This document shows positions 1 to 8,508 of a stretch of DNA of 64,000 nt, piece after piece; positions within the stretch are counted from its first letter, which is position 1; every line of letters starts with the position of its first letter. Source of the stretch: a virus (taxonomy: Duplodnaviria; Caudoviricetes); the IMG/VR virus record IMGVR_UViG_3300025018_000091; one strand, given 5' to 3'. The position numbers were made by a program, and so were the translations under genes. The notes under the pieces are model-generated. The model had not been told where the DNA came from. It saw only the letters and a program-made list of their open reading frames with translations, and made no database searches.

Positions 1-219
1 CTGCCAGTCATACGAGTCAATCTTATTCCAGTTACCCGTAGCCACAAGTCCAGAATCGCCAGCATCATAACCAGGCTCAGCATATCTCTCATAGTGAAGC
101 TGAATCTCTTCGATTCGATTCTCCACATTAGTGCTAATGTTTGAAGCCATGCTTGCAGCAATCTCTAAGATTCGCTCAGCACGCCTTGCTATATTATGTT
201 GTCTTTCGTCGCTATTCAT
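1..219 (-). CDS. hypothetical phage protein (partial, runs off left edge)
   Basis: Hand translation from ATG at 219: MNSDERQHNIARRAERILE...YAEPGYDAGDSGLVATGNWNKID, open to position 1; hairpin repeat 13 nt upstream. Confidence 0.7.
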   Translation of the reverse strand, partial: MNSDERQHNIARRAERILEIAASMASNISTNVENRIEEIQLHYERYAEPGYDAGDSGLVATGNWNKIDSYDWQ

Positions 220-231
220 GCTAACACCCTT

Positions 232-252
232 GCCCCGGTTACTCGATGGGGC
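232..252. repeat. GCCCC-N11-GGGGC hairpin repeat, copy 1 of 15
   Basis: GCCCC GGTTACTCGAT GGGGC preceded by TT. Confidence 0.9.
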
Positions 253-560
253 GACGACTCCATGAATTAATTAACAGTAATGTAACCCCATTTTCGCATA
301 GTTTGCTTTCGTCTCTTCAACCGTGCTTTTATGCAATTGTTCGATTGCTTCAGGAACCTTAGTCAAAAGGAAAAAAACCTTTCTAGTTCATGCGGCTCAA
401 AACAATCTCCCAATTGCACCGATGCACGTTCAATGTAATGAGCAATTTCTGCCTCATCTGTGCAAAGACCACAAGTATGTCCCTCTATGGTATAGTTCTT
501 ATCACATTCACAATCAACACAGATAGGTGCATTCATGATTTTTCTCCTTTAAAAGATTGA

Positions 561-696
561 GAGAGTGTAGCTAGACCTTGCTCACAGCCAAACATAGGAA
601 TATTAAATTCCTTTGGAATAGCCATTTCCAATCAAACCGCTAAGGAGGAACACACATTATTCGCGGCTATATAGGTATATAGCGTCAAACACTCTC
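561..696 (-). ncRNA. putative structured ncRNA directly 3' of a tRNA-like element
   Basis: Closing inverted repeat GAGAGTGT (561-568)/ACACTCTC (689-696) encloses hairpins GCTATAT-AGGT-ATATAGC, TTGGAAT..TTCCAA and AGGAAT..ATTCCT; no credible ORF. Confidence 0.35.
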
Positions 697-697
697 G

Positions 698-779
698 GAC
701 GATAAAACAGGAATCGAACCTGTTTTCTATTCCGTTCAGCTTATGCCTCGGAATCGTCATACCAATAGACTATTATCGT
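698..779 (-). ncRNA. tRNA-like element with enlarged anticodon loop
   Basis: ACGATAA/TTATCGT acceptor, TA-GTC-TATTGGTAT-GAC D-arm, ATTCC/GGAAT stem with 16-nt loop, AACAGG-TTCGATT-CCTGTT T-arm. Confidence 0.6.
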
Positions 780-793
780 ACAGTACATTTACT

Positions 794-884
794 TGGTGCA
801 TACTGAGGAGTTGAACCTCAACCTGCATAATTCCAATAGCCATGGCTATTTTTGTAGAACCAGGCGCCGCCCACGACGAATGCA
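794..884 (-). ncRNA. tRNA-like element with extended anticodon arm
   Basis: TGCATTC/GTATGCA acceptor followed by CCA, TGAGG-TTCAACT-CCTCA T-arm, internal AATAGC-CATG-GCTATT hairpin. Confidence 0.45.
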
Positions 885-1222
885 TATCCACGTTTTTATT
901 AAGCAAGAAACGTGGAAAACTCCGAGGCAGATCTTTTTGCCCAAAAGATTGGCTCACACAAGAAAAAGGGCTTTCTTGATGTACCTCAAGAAATCGCTAG
1001 AAAGGGCTATAGACTTACACCAAATCTCATTTACTACCCTTTGATTATCCATATGGTGCATCACTGCCGAATAGTAAACCGCTTGGCGCACGCGCCTAGA
1101 TAAAAAAAGTATCTAAGCAAGTTAGTGAATCTATGGATCAATACCTGCTTACACAGTAAACATTTCTTAGATTCCCCATAGACATCTCGTAACTGCGATT
1201 TTCACTAACTTACTAGTCTCTA

Positions 1223-1546
1223 CTAGAAATGCCCACAATATCCAAATCCATCGGACTTGTAGGTTTTTTCCTCAATCTTAGGGAAACCATCCTCATACAT
1301 CTCTGTAGCAGATTCCCCAAACACATGCTTCCATATCTCTCCATCCTTCACCCCAAGATAGAAAACATGCGATGCGTTATGCCCAACAACATAGAAGTCA
1401 ATGCCTTGCTGCTGACATGATCGAGGCTCCAAACTCTGAATATACTCCAGATGAAGCTCAATCACAGATGCCAATAGCTCATCACCCTTGGCAAACTTCA
1501 TAGCAAGCTTTTGTCGCTTCTGATAAATATCTTTCGGCTTCGACAT
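1223..1546 (-). CDS. hypothetical protein
   Basis: 107-aa ORF, co-directional and packed with neighbours. Confidence 0.6.
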   Translation of the reverse strand: MSKPKDIYQKRQKLAMKFAKGDELLASVIELHLEYIQSLEPRSCQQQGIDFYVVGHNASHVFYLGVKDGEIWKHVFGESATEMYEDGFPKIEEKTYKSDGFGYCGHF

Positions 1547-1883
1547 GTGTTCGTGCTTTCTTGATTGGTCGCCGGTTTGGAACCGGTTTGTTACACCAAC
1601 GCTTGAAATCCTTACCCATATGCTTCTTTTTCGCTCGGATAAGAATCATTGCTTCAACCAATGGGAGATCCCCTCGTACTTGATTGCAAGCAAAGTGAGA
1701 AGGAGCTAGATTAGAACTTCCACACCCACCCTTGGAACGTAGAATCAAATGCTCCCTCGTGATCGATTCCATGTTGTCGAATGGTTCCCCGCACAATATA
1801 CACAAGCCATCCCATTTGTATAGTATTGTGCGGTATCCTTCATAAGGATCAAACTCTTTCTGTTGTTTCTCTGCACTACGCAT
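1482..1883 (-). CDS. HNH endonuclease
   Basis: CILCGEPF...TREHLILRSKGG..SNLAPSHFACNQVRGD matches the CxxC...H...N..H..CN HNH pattern; start moved to MRSAEK. Confidence 0.8.
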   Translation of the reverse strand: MRSAEKQQKEFDPYEGYRTILYKWDGLCILCGEPFDNMESITREHLILRSKGGCGSSNLAPSHFACNQVRGDLPLVEAMILIRAKKKHMGKDFKRWCNKPVPNRRPIKKARTHVEAERYLSEATKACYEVCQG

Positions 1884-2160
1884 GAGCACGTCGATCCTTG
1901 ATCGGATTCTCCGAATCATAAGGATATCCAATCGACTCCAAGTATTCCAAATACTCAGGAGCAGGCTCACCAAGGAAATATGTCGAACCACTCAATGTTT
2001 TGATGATTCGACCATTCACTTCCACAATCGGGCTTGTGATTACTGGACGAGGATCGTCATCACGATACCCCACCAAACAAACCGGATTGATCTCAGGTGC
2101 CAAGAATAGATCGTCTGACCTATATGACACTCCCCACTTCTCCAGCTGATATTCACCCAT
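1876..2160 (-). CDS. hypothetical phage protein
   Basis: 94-aa ORF with ITSPIVEVNGRIIKTLSGSTYFLGEP segment; abuts neighbours. Confidence 0.7.
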   Translation of the reverse strand: MGEYQLEKWGVSYRSDDLFLAPEINPVCLVGYRDDDPRPVITSPIVEVNGRIIKTLSGSTYFLGEPAPEYLEYLESIGYPYDSENPIKDRRAHA

Positions 2161-2350
2161 GTTCGCACCTCATTGCAATTGCTTCCGCAACGGAAGGCTC
2201 GGGTTCTGTGTGAATTGTTTCGTCGCTCCAAAGGTACATTCCAGTAGTCAACATCAATTGACCCCTTTCATCTACCTCAATTTCGTACTCATTGTAATGA
2301 ATACGAACAAGAAGCTCCCGATCAAAATCGGATATGTTCTCGATCTTCAT
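2153..2350 (-). CDS. hypothetical protein
   Basis: Fills gap between coupled ORFs; start MKIENISD. Confidence 0.5.
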   Translation of the reverse strand: MKIENISDFDRELLVRIHYNEYEIEVDERGQLMLTTGMYLWSDETIHTEPEPSVAEAIAMRCEHG

Positions 2351-2534
2351 CTTGTTCCTCGGGATGCATGTAGAAGTAATCATCCGTGGCATCTACCCTC
2401 GAACGAAACTCCTCATAAATCCCCGCTTGAATCAGTTGAACACGCAAAAGTTCCCATGCCTTACCAGATATCCCATATCCTTCAGGATCCATTAGCAAGG
2501 CTTCTGTCAACTCCCTCAACTCATTCTTGTTCAT
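2322..2534 (-). CDS. hypothetical protein
   Basis: 70-aa acidic ORF, 4-nt overlap with upstream ORF. Confidence 0.65.
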   Translation of the reverse strand: MNKNELRELTEALLMDPEGYGISGKAWELLRVQLIQAGIYEEFRSRVDATDDYFYMHPEEQDEDREHIRF

Positions 2535-2785
2535 TTGCGAACGTACCTTTCCAGATGACCAATCAAAACATCATCCTCCATGTAAAAAAGGTCATCCTCT
2601 ACCGGAAGTGCATTCTCCAATAATTGACCAAGACGAAGATTCGGCTTGCTCAACCACGCTACCATTATCCGCTGAATAATGGCTTTCTTATCTTCAGCCG
2701 TTTCCGCGCGTCCCTTCATTTCAATCCTCCCGCGATTAACGCGCTGCGTAATTACTTCTTGGAGAATAGAGCTAGATATGTCCAA
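2531..2785 (-). CDS. hypothetical protein
   Basis: 84-aa ORF with WLSKPNLRLGQLLENAL segment. Confidence 0.65.
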   Translation of the reverse strand: MDISSSILQEVITQRVNRGRIEMKGRAETAEDKKAIIQRIMVAWLSKPNLRLGQLLENALPVEDDLFYMEDDVLIGHLERYVRK

Positions 2786-2951
2786 CCAACCGAACCTCCA
2801 AAATTCAGGAAGAACGTAACCGCTCCAAACATTACTCGGTCAGGATCATACAACATCATGTATATGCTGCTAAATACAGCCAAATAACATATTGCCGCAA
2901 ATATGCTATATAATATCCTCATTCATTCCTCCAATCATTTTAGATTGTACT

Positions 2952-3026
2952 TGGGCGCACCGATACGATTCGAACGTATCAACTTCCCCAAAACAATTAG
3001 GGGCTTTACCATTAAGCTAGGCGCGC
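2952..3026 (-). tRNA. non-canonical or degenerate tRNA (anticodon ambiguous, possibly UGU)
   Basis: GCGCGCC/GGTGCGC acceptor plus encoded CCA, GCTT-AATGGTA-AAGC D-arm, GATACG-TTCGAAT-CGTATC T-arm; anticodon loop ATTGTTT lacks purine 37. Confidence 0.6.
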
Positions 3027-3088
3027 TTGGTCCTGAAAGTAACAGGTCCCTTATCTAACTTTCTTGTTCGTCCAGATATGCTTTTGAA

Positions 3089-3496
3089 TCAGGCGAATCG
3101 ACCGTGAGAATCACGCGTCTGACGAGACGCACGTAGACTCAATGCCTGCTTCGTATTGCCAGAAGTCTTCTGTGCCTTCTTGGTCGAAACCTTTCGCGCC
3201 ACCTTCTTGGTCGAAACCTTCCGAGTCACCTTCTTGGGCGCCTGTACCTTGACGTACTTGGGCAGAAGGATCATTTCGACAATCTGCTTGCCGAAATTCA
3301 CCACCTTAGCTTTGGACTTCCCACTCGCATACAACCTGACACTGATACTCGGAGAATCATCTGTGTCAAAGTTGACATCGACTTCCCCTGCATACCGAGA
3401 CCAAACCTTTGCCGACACAACCTTGGAATCCAAGACATGCTGCGTATGCTTGTATCCACAGTCGGATTCTGCCACAACCGTATTCCACTTTGTCAT
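3089..3496 (-). CDS. hypothetical protein with Lys-rich repetitive tail; tandem paralog of 3544-3792
   Basis: Shares SDCGYK..QHVL....SAKVWS.Y.GEV...FDTDDSPSIS..LYASGK; tail KKVTRKVSTKKVARKVSTKK. Confidence 0.8.
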   Translation of the reverse strand: MTKWNTVVAESDCGYKHTQHVLDSKVVSAKVWSRYAGEVDVNFDTDDSPSISVRLYASGKSKAKVVNFGKQIVEMILLPKYVKVQAPKKVTRKVSTKKVARKVSTKKAQKTSGNTKQALSLRASRQTRDSHGRFA

Positions 3497-3543
3497 GTTT
3501 TCTCTCCTGCTAAAACCTTAGTTATTGGACCTTCAGACCCGAT

Positions 3544-3792
3544 TCACAGATACTTGGGCGCGAAATGTCGCTCGACAATCTCCTTGCCCATTTCCACCAT
3601 CTCTTCCTTGGTCTTCCCACTCGCATACAGCTTTCCACTGATGCTCGGAGAATCATCCGTGTCGAAAGAGAAGTGAACCTCTCCACTGTAATCAGACCAA
3701 ACCTTGGCGGAAACCTTGTCTCCTTCCAAGACATGCTGATCAACCTTGTATCCACAATCACTTCTACCTTCAACCAAATTCCAGCTTGCCAT
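3544..3792 (-). CDS. hypothetical protein; tandem paralog of 3089-3496
   Basis: Near-colinear similarity with 3089-3496 over about 80 aa. Confidence 0.8.
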   Translation of the reverse strand: MASWNLVEGRSDCGYKVDQHVLEGDKVSAKVWSDYSGEVHFSFDTDDSPSISGKLYASGKTKEEMVEMGKEIVERHFAPKYL

Positions 3793-3850
3793 GTGTGTAC
3801 CTCCTAGTTATGAATTCTCAAGTTTACACATTACACTCATCCATCATGGA

Positions 3851-4387
3851 TTATTCGTAATGCGGTCGCGGCGTTCGTTCGCCCGGATGTTCCTCAACTA
3901 CAATCATGATATCTATACCACCAAGCACAGAATAGATGTTTCCTTCTCGTCGCTCACCATAGATCGATTCCAAATGAGCCTTGAACGTTTCCACCTGTGA
4001 TTGATCAACCGCTTCCAAGTGGTATCCCCACTTGCACAACTCGTACTTCTCTCCAGTCTCATGGTAAACTACACCCTCACGAGCACAAGAACAATTATGA
4101 CAATAGTCCTTATGCCCCTCAACCGAAATTGCCTTGACCGGAATGGATGCAATCGGCTCGTGATGATTGAACCACCAACCACCCTCCTCCGGTCCACCAT
4201 AATGACGAGTCACCTCATAAGCATTCACATACAACAATGCCTCAGAACCAGGCTTCACGTAATCATCTGGTGGACATTCACATTCACCATCCTCATCAGG
4301 AATTGCTCCACAACAAGAACAACCATGATAGTATGATGCCAATCCTTGATCCAAATCGCCCTGTTCGTCGTAACATTGATTACACAT
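3851..4387 (-). CDS. Cys-rich hypothetical phage protein
   Basis: CNQC, CSCC, CHNC clusters and YGGPEEGGWW motif; GGAG RBS and hairpin repeat upstream. Confidence 0.75.
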   Translation of the reverse strand: MCNQCYDEQGDLDQGLASYYHGCSCCGAIPDEDGECECPPDDYVKPGSEALLYVNAYEVTRHYGGPEEGGWWFNHHEPIASIPVKAISVEGHKDYCHNCSCAREGVVYHETGEKYELCKWGYHLEAVDQSQVETFKAHLESIYGERREGNIYSVLGGIDIMIVVEEHPGERTPRPHYE

Positions 4388-4430
4388 GATTGACTCTCCA
4401 ATCCGTTATCGTTGCTGTACCTACTACCTT

Positions 4431-4451
4431 GCCCCCCTCACTCGATGGGGC
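4431..4451. repeat. GCCCC-N11-GGGGC hairpin repeat
   Basis: GCCCC CCTCACTCGAT GGGGC, 44 nt upstream of ATG 4387. Confidence 0.9.
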
Positions 4452-4456
4452 ACGGC

Positions 4457-4762
4457 TCAGTAGCCCTGACTCCATGACTTTCCAGCTTCCAGCCATACAC
4501 TCATAACCGCTTCCTTTGCTTCCTTCAGTGCAAGACCAGTAAGCTCACGCACAGCCTTAATCTGCGCAATCTTATCATTAGGATTGTTCAAACATACAAC
4601 CATTAAAGCCCTGACTTCAGGCAATGCAATCAGCTTTGACACATTGGCTTTGACTTCAAGAGCTTCCTCAGCTACGTTCAACTCCGAACGCAAACGCCCT
4701 TTGTCCATCGACAACGCTTCAATTCTATCAAGCAGTTTCTCAACAACGTCTTCTTCGTACAT
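4457..4762 (-). CDS. coiled-coil plus ribosomal protein bL12 (L7/L12) C-terminal-domain-like protein
   Basis: NDKIAQIKAVRELTGLALKEAKEAV matches the bL12 CTD signature K(I/V)..IK.VR..TGLGLKEAK..V; start MYEEDVV. Confidence 0.75.
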   Translation of the reverse strand: MYEEDVVEKLLDRIEALSMDKGRLRSELNVAEEALEVKANVSKLIALPEVRALMVVCLNNPNDKIAQIKAVRELTGLALKEAKEAVMSVWLEAGKSWSQGY

Positions 4763-4766
4763 GTGT

Positions 4767-5147
4767 TTATCCCTCGAAAAGTTTGATTTCTCGTACTTCG
4801 AACTTGTAAGTCCTATCGTGGTTTGACCATTCGCTTGCGGCTTGTTTGGCTTGATGTACCGAATCGTATACAGCCAGACCATTACCTTGGTATTTTGACG
4901 CAACTCGAATAACTAAACCATCCTTTGGATCAATCACAAGTACACCATACACCGGATCCTTTCCCATATGGAAGATTTGCTTATTGGTACTTGTCTGAAT
5001 AGGTGCATCTTCATCTCTCAGATTCTGACGAATCGACTTACGATACGATTCATCATCCTCCGGCAAACCAAGACCTTGATACCGAGAAATACCTTGCGAT
5101 TCCCCATACTTATCAAGTTCCTTACCTGTCAATGAATTGAGATCCAT
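4767..5147 (-). CDS. hypothetical protein
   Basis: 126-aa ORF in tight operon. Confidence 0.65.
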   Translation of the reverse strand: MDLNSLTGKELDKYGESQGISRYQGLGLPEDDESYRKSIRQNLRDEDAPIQTSTNKQIFHMGKDPVYGVLVIDPKDGLVIRVASKYQGNGLAVYDSVHQAKQAASEWSNHDRTYKFEVREIKLFEG

Positions 5148-5158
5148 GTGTTTGTCCT

Positions 5159-5524
5159 TTAGCCAGTATACATGATTGAAGCATCACTCATCGCTTGCGC
5201 AAATGAGTATGGTTTCCATGCAGATGATTCTGACCACATTCGTCGATAGGACCATTCTCCATCAGATGTGACTCGATAGATCGTATCGAAGAACTTTTCG
5301 AAATTGTCCGAAATGGTAACGGAACCATCATCCTGCTCTTCAATGAAAAGCAAGTCATCCACGAATGACTTATCATCAGGTTCATTCCAAACTTGACGCG
5401 CATTCTTTTTGACCGCTTCCGAAAACTCTTGTACTTGCTTGTTCATTGGTTTTTCTCCCAATTTCAGAAACTTGCTCACGAGCACGCCGCTGCAATGCTT
5501 CATGAACTTCTTGCCATGAACCAT
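5159..5524 (-). CDS. hypothetical protein
   Basis: 121-aa ORF in tight operon (alternative start 5446). Confidence 0.6.
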   Translation of the reverse strand: MVHGKKFMKHCSGVLVSKFLKLGEKPMNKQVQEFSEAVKKNARQVWNEPDDKSFVDDLLFIEEQDDGSVTISDNFEKFFDTIYRVTSDGEWSYRRMWSESSAWKPYSFAQAMSDASIMYTG

Positions 5525-5560
5525 GTTTTAAGACATACTCATATTCCATGCCGCCTCCTA

Positions 5561-5944
5561 TTAGATGGGTTGAATCTCTTCTCGGGCTTCCAGCTTACGC
5601 ACGTACTCCTTCTGCTCTTCAAAGGTGAGCTTTGATAGCTCATCCATGAATGTTCCAATACGTTCGTAAACCATGCCTTGCTCCAATTCCCATGGAGTTG
5701 TCATGTTCTCAGCAGCACAGAAGGCAAAACCCTCTCCATCAGGATCATCATTCATGTTCTTGATGGTCTGCTGAACGGACTTGTACGCCATCTCAGACGC
5801 AACTTCATGCAATCGATCATTGAAGTCCGTTTCCTCATCCACTTGACCAGTGTTACCACAATGATAACAGGCGTCTTGAACCATACGCCCATCCTCTTCA
5901 TAGTATTCCCAACCAGTCCCACCACACCTTAAACACTCACACAT
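5561..5944 (-). CDS. DnaJ-type CxxCxGxG zinc-finger protein
   Basis: CLRCGGTG...CYHCGNTGQV. Confidence 0.7.
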   Translation of the reverse strand: MCECLRCGGTGWEYYEEDGRMVQDACYHCGNTGQVDEETDFNDRLHEVASEMAYKSVQQTIKNMNDDPDGEGFAFCAAENMTTPWELEQGMVYERIGTFMDELSKLTFEEQKEYVRKLEAREEIQPI

Positions 5945-5975
5945 GATAATTTTCCCTTTTAGAGAAAAGTGAATG

Positions 5976-6173
5976 TTACTTTCTCTCTTCTCGCTCTTGA
6001 ACAAGAAGCGAAATTAGCTTTTGACGCGCAGCGTCAGATAAAGCCACTTGAAAGCCACCATTGAATGTCAATAGAACGCCCTTGTCCTTGTCATTCGACT
6101 CATTCAAAAGAACCCACATCTGTGAGCCTCCATAACATTCAATGAGATTCTCTCTACTTGGCTTTTTCCACAT
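5976..6173 (-). CDS. hypothetical protein
   Basis: 65-aa ORF, co-directional. Confidence 0.5.
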   Translation of the reverse strand: MWKKPSRENLIECYGGSQMWVLLNESNDKDKGVLLTFNGGFQVALSDAARQKLISLLVQEREERK

Positions 6174-6244
6174 GTCTCTTACCCTTTTAGAAGCGTTGCA
6201 AACTGGGAATGTTAAGACCGAATTGATCTAATCCTGTGAAGCAG

Positions 6245-6316
6245 TGGGTCCAGAGGGACTTGAACCCTCAACTCTCGGGTTAAAAGCCCGTTACTCTACC
6301 ATTGAGTTATGAACCC
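6245..6316 (-). tRNA. tRNA-Lys(UUU)
   Basis: GGGTTCA-TA-ACTC-AATGGTA-GAGT-A-ACGGG-CT-TTT-AA-CCCGA-GAGTT-GAGGG-TTCAAGT-CCCTC-TGGACCC-A canonical cloverleaf; CCA not encoded. Confidence 0.95.
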
Positions 6317-6507
6317 ATGCGGCTAAACCGCAACCGATCAAGCATATCAACCAATTCATATGGTCGAAAGTCTTTCAAGTCTATCCAACCACGTCTCTCT
6401 GATTCTTCTGGTATTGGACCAGAAAGAAGTTCATCTAACTCCTCATCAGTTGGATAGATAAAATTATCCTCAAGAATATTGCGTAATTGTCCCTTTCTAG
6501 TATTCAT
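6307..6507 (-). CDS. hypothetical protein
   Basis: Start MNTRKG; coupled to upstream ORF; 10-nt overlap with the tRNA 5' end. Confidence 0.5.
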   Translation of the reverse strand: MNTRKGQLRNILEDNFIYPTDEELDELLSGPIPEESERRGWIDLKDFRPYELVDMLDRLRFSRMGS

Positions 6508-6952
6508 TGTCGTAACGAGTTTCCATGTATTCCATGTAACGCTCGTCTTCATTCCAATGCTCGTAAGGGCGCATCATTCTTGTACCCAAATCCGAAAGCA
6601 ATTCCTCAATCACTTCAATTCTATCGTGATCGATTCGAGCTTTCTTATTCACCTCTTCGTAGAAGTCATCAATCGCCTTCTGACGAATGGCAGATAGTTC
6701 TTCCTTGGTGATATTCGGATTCTTCTCCTCAGCTTCACACTCAGCGTCATATGCCAAGTCTTGTGCTTGCTCAGCAAGATAATCCGCTTCGTCATGCCTC
6801 TCATCATCAGAGACCCATGACTTCTGCTCAATCTTCTGATGATATTCATTCCACTCAGAAGCGAGCTTGGACACCATCTCACGACGAATCGTACTTTTGA
6901 GAGTTTCCTCCCCAGTCTCGTCATACTCACCATCCATTACGAATCCACGCAT
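6497..6952 (-). CDS. acidic helical hypothetical protein
   Basis: Start moved to MRGFVM because the longer ORF overlaps the tRNA-like element at 6979-7068. Confidence 0.7.
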   Translation of the reverse strand: MRGFVMDGEYDETGEETLKSTIRREMVSKLASEWNEYHQKIEQKSWVSDDERHDEADYLAEQAQDLAYDAECEAEEKNPNITKEELSAIRQKAIDDFYEEVNKKARIDHDRIEVIEELLSDLGTRMMRPYEHWNEDERYMEYMETRYDNEY

Positions 6953-6978
6953 GACTTTTCTCTTGTTAGAGAATAGAT

Positions 6979-7068
6979 TGGTAGCAGAGGTTGGATTCGA
7001 ACCAACATAATAATACGTCCTCGGATCCAAGGATATGTGCCACCAGATCCAACCTGGTTAACTCTGCT
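6979..7068 (-). ncRNA. tRNA-like element with enlarged anticodon arm and encoded CCA
   Basis: Perfect AGCAGAG/CTCTGCT acceptor, A discriminator, CCA, GTTGG-TTCGAAT-CCAAC T-arm, ACCAG-GTTGGAT-CTGGT D-arm, TCCT-TGGATCCG-AGGA apex; 90 nt. Confidence 0.7.
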
Positions 7069-7079
7069 AAATAAGGACA

Positions 7080-7134
7080 GTTTTAGAACTTACCCCAGGT
7101 TCAAAGGTAGTTTTGGAACTTACCCTCAAGGTTC
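7080..7134. repeat. GTTTTAGAACTTACCCCAGGTTC repeat, two tandem copies (third at 10949-10971)
   Basis: 7080-7102 identical to 10949-10971; 7110-7134 is a variant. Confidence 0.8.
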
Positions 7135-7294
7135 AAGATTAAGTCCATGACATATAGATACAAATATGACCAAAAAATTAGGACGCTATTACTAAACGTA
7201 TCCATACAACCGTCCTACATGTATGGCGTTATGACGAATCTGTTTGAAGGGCTAAGGGCAGAGTCGATTCACTTCTGCCCCATAACCCTATGAT

Positions 7295-7678
7295 TCAGCT
7301 TGCGGGCTTGGGCTCGGGCTGGTCTGCCCAACGGCAAACTCCACCACCCTTTCCCTTCCCGATATGGAAGGGAGCACCCGAATCGCGCTCGCCAGCACGA
7401 TCCCGAATGTAAGCCTGGACCTTTTCGGTCAAGGTCTTGAAGTTCTCGGGCTGAACATTCATGCGCTGAACCGCCATGCTGGTGATGGCAGGCATATTCA
7501 GCTTTGCCCCAGGGTATTGGTCGAAGACTGCATTGACAGCTTCTCCCACAGCTTCAGCTTCCAATTCCCTTTCGGTCTGGAAACGAAGCAGATCCCCGGA
7601 GAACTTTCGCTCGGTTCCTTCGAGATCGATGGAACCATCGGGATTCCGAACACAGTAGCTTTGCAGATTGATGGTCGT
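7295..7678 (-). CDS. putative winged-helix-like nucleic-acid-binding protein; paralog of 10997-11356
   Basis: Shared CVRN.DGSI...EAV.AVFD...GA.L.MP.I.S.A and F..(G/S)KGKGGGV; fold is inferred. Confidence 0.6.
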   Translation of the reverse strand, partial: TTINLQSYCVRNPDGSIDLEGTERKFSGDLLRFQTERELEAEAVGEAVNAVFDQYPGAKLNMPAITSMAVQRMNVQPENFKTLTEKVQAYIRDRAGERDSGAPFHIGKGKGGGVCRWADQPEPKPAS

Positions 7679-7780
7679 CATGATGACACCTCCCACGGAA
7701 TGAATCCTTGGCGCTTATCATGCTGAGAATCGACACAATTCGATTGCCATTGACTCGCGCCGTGTTGTACTACTTGGCTT

Positions 7781-8109
7781 GCCCCCGTCACCTGATGGGG
7801 TACCGCTTTCCGTTCCCAGCGAAACAACATCGTTTCGCATCGAATCGCGGCAACCAACATCGCCTCCCTTGCCCCGGTCACCTGATGGGGTAGGTCAGTT
7901 CCGCTCACAGCGGAAAACAACAGGGTTACGTTCGCAGCGGAATCCGTCATTCCGTTCCCGCTGCAACGCGCCGTCCTACAAGGGCATAATTGCCCCCGTC
8001 ACCTGATGGGACAGGCATTCCGTTCCCAGCGGAACGTTGCCTCCCCGTCGCCGTTCGTTGCTGCGTCGCATCGAACACAACCTACCTTGCCCCGGTCACC
8101 TGATGGGGC
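7781..8109. repeat. tandem array of four hairpin repeats (7781, 7871, 7992, 8089) with associated TTCCG-N7-CGGAA hairpins
   Basis: Loops CGTCACCTGAT or GGTCACCTGAT; unit spacing 90, 121 and 97 nt. Confidence 0.9.
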
Positions 8110-8117
8110 AGGCATCC

Positions 8118-8324
8118 TGGCACGATCCTTGCTACGCACGTCGCGCGCGCGCAGATCATGAGGTATCCCGATCTTGGCACGCTTGCATATTGCGAGAATC
8201 ATGCCATAACCTTTTGACCCTACGTATAGCGGCACATAATGTCACGCCACATATGGTCAATCCCCGGCTTGCGGCTCGTCGTCGCATGGTGGCACGATTG
8301 TCGCACCTTGCAATCGGCGTGCCA
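8118..8324. promoter_or_regulatory. cluster of sigma54-type -24/-12 motifs
   Basis: + TGGCAC-GATCC-TTGCT (8118); - TGGCAT-GATTC-TCGCA (from 8206); opposed pair 8290-8324 (+ TGGCAC-GATTG-TCGCA, - TGGCAC-GCCGA-TTGCA). Confidence 0.65.
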
Positions 8325-8427
8325 GCGCTCGCCGAAAGCCAAAAAACCCATATCCCCAAAAGTCCAGAATTAGAGAGAATCTGGAACCCCTGGAAGGATA
8401 GAGGGGATGGGTAAATGCGGGCGGGGT

Positions 8428-8459
8428 AAAATTCCGCTCCCACTGGACGTGGGAGCGGA
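8428..8459 (-). terminator. probable intrinsic terminator
   Basis: 11-bp stem TCCGCTCCCAC/GTGGGAGCGGA then ATTTT on the minus strand. Confidence 0.55.
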
Positions 8460-8508
8460 TGCACAGAACGTGCTCTGAAAGCAGACATGGGGAATGAATG
8501 CTAAAAAC

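Noticed and set aside
7781-8109. CRISPR array interpretation of the four regularly spaced hairpin repeats
   Set aside because: The repeat core is only about 21-23 nt, spacers are 70-100 nt and share internal motifs rather than being unique, the same repeat is dispersed upstream of genes, and no cas genes are in the window.
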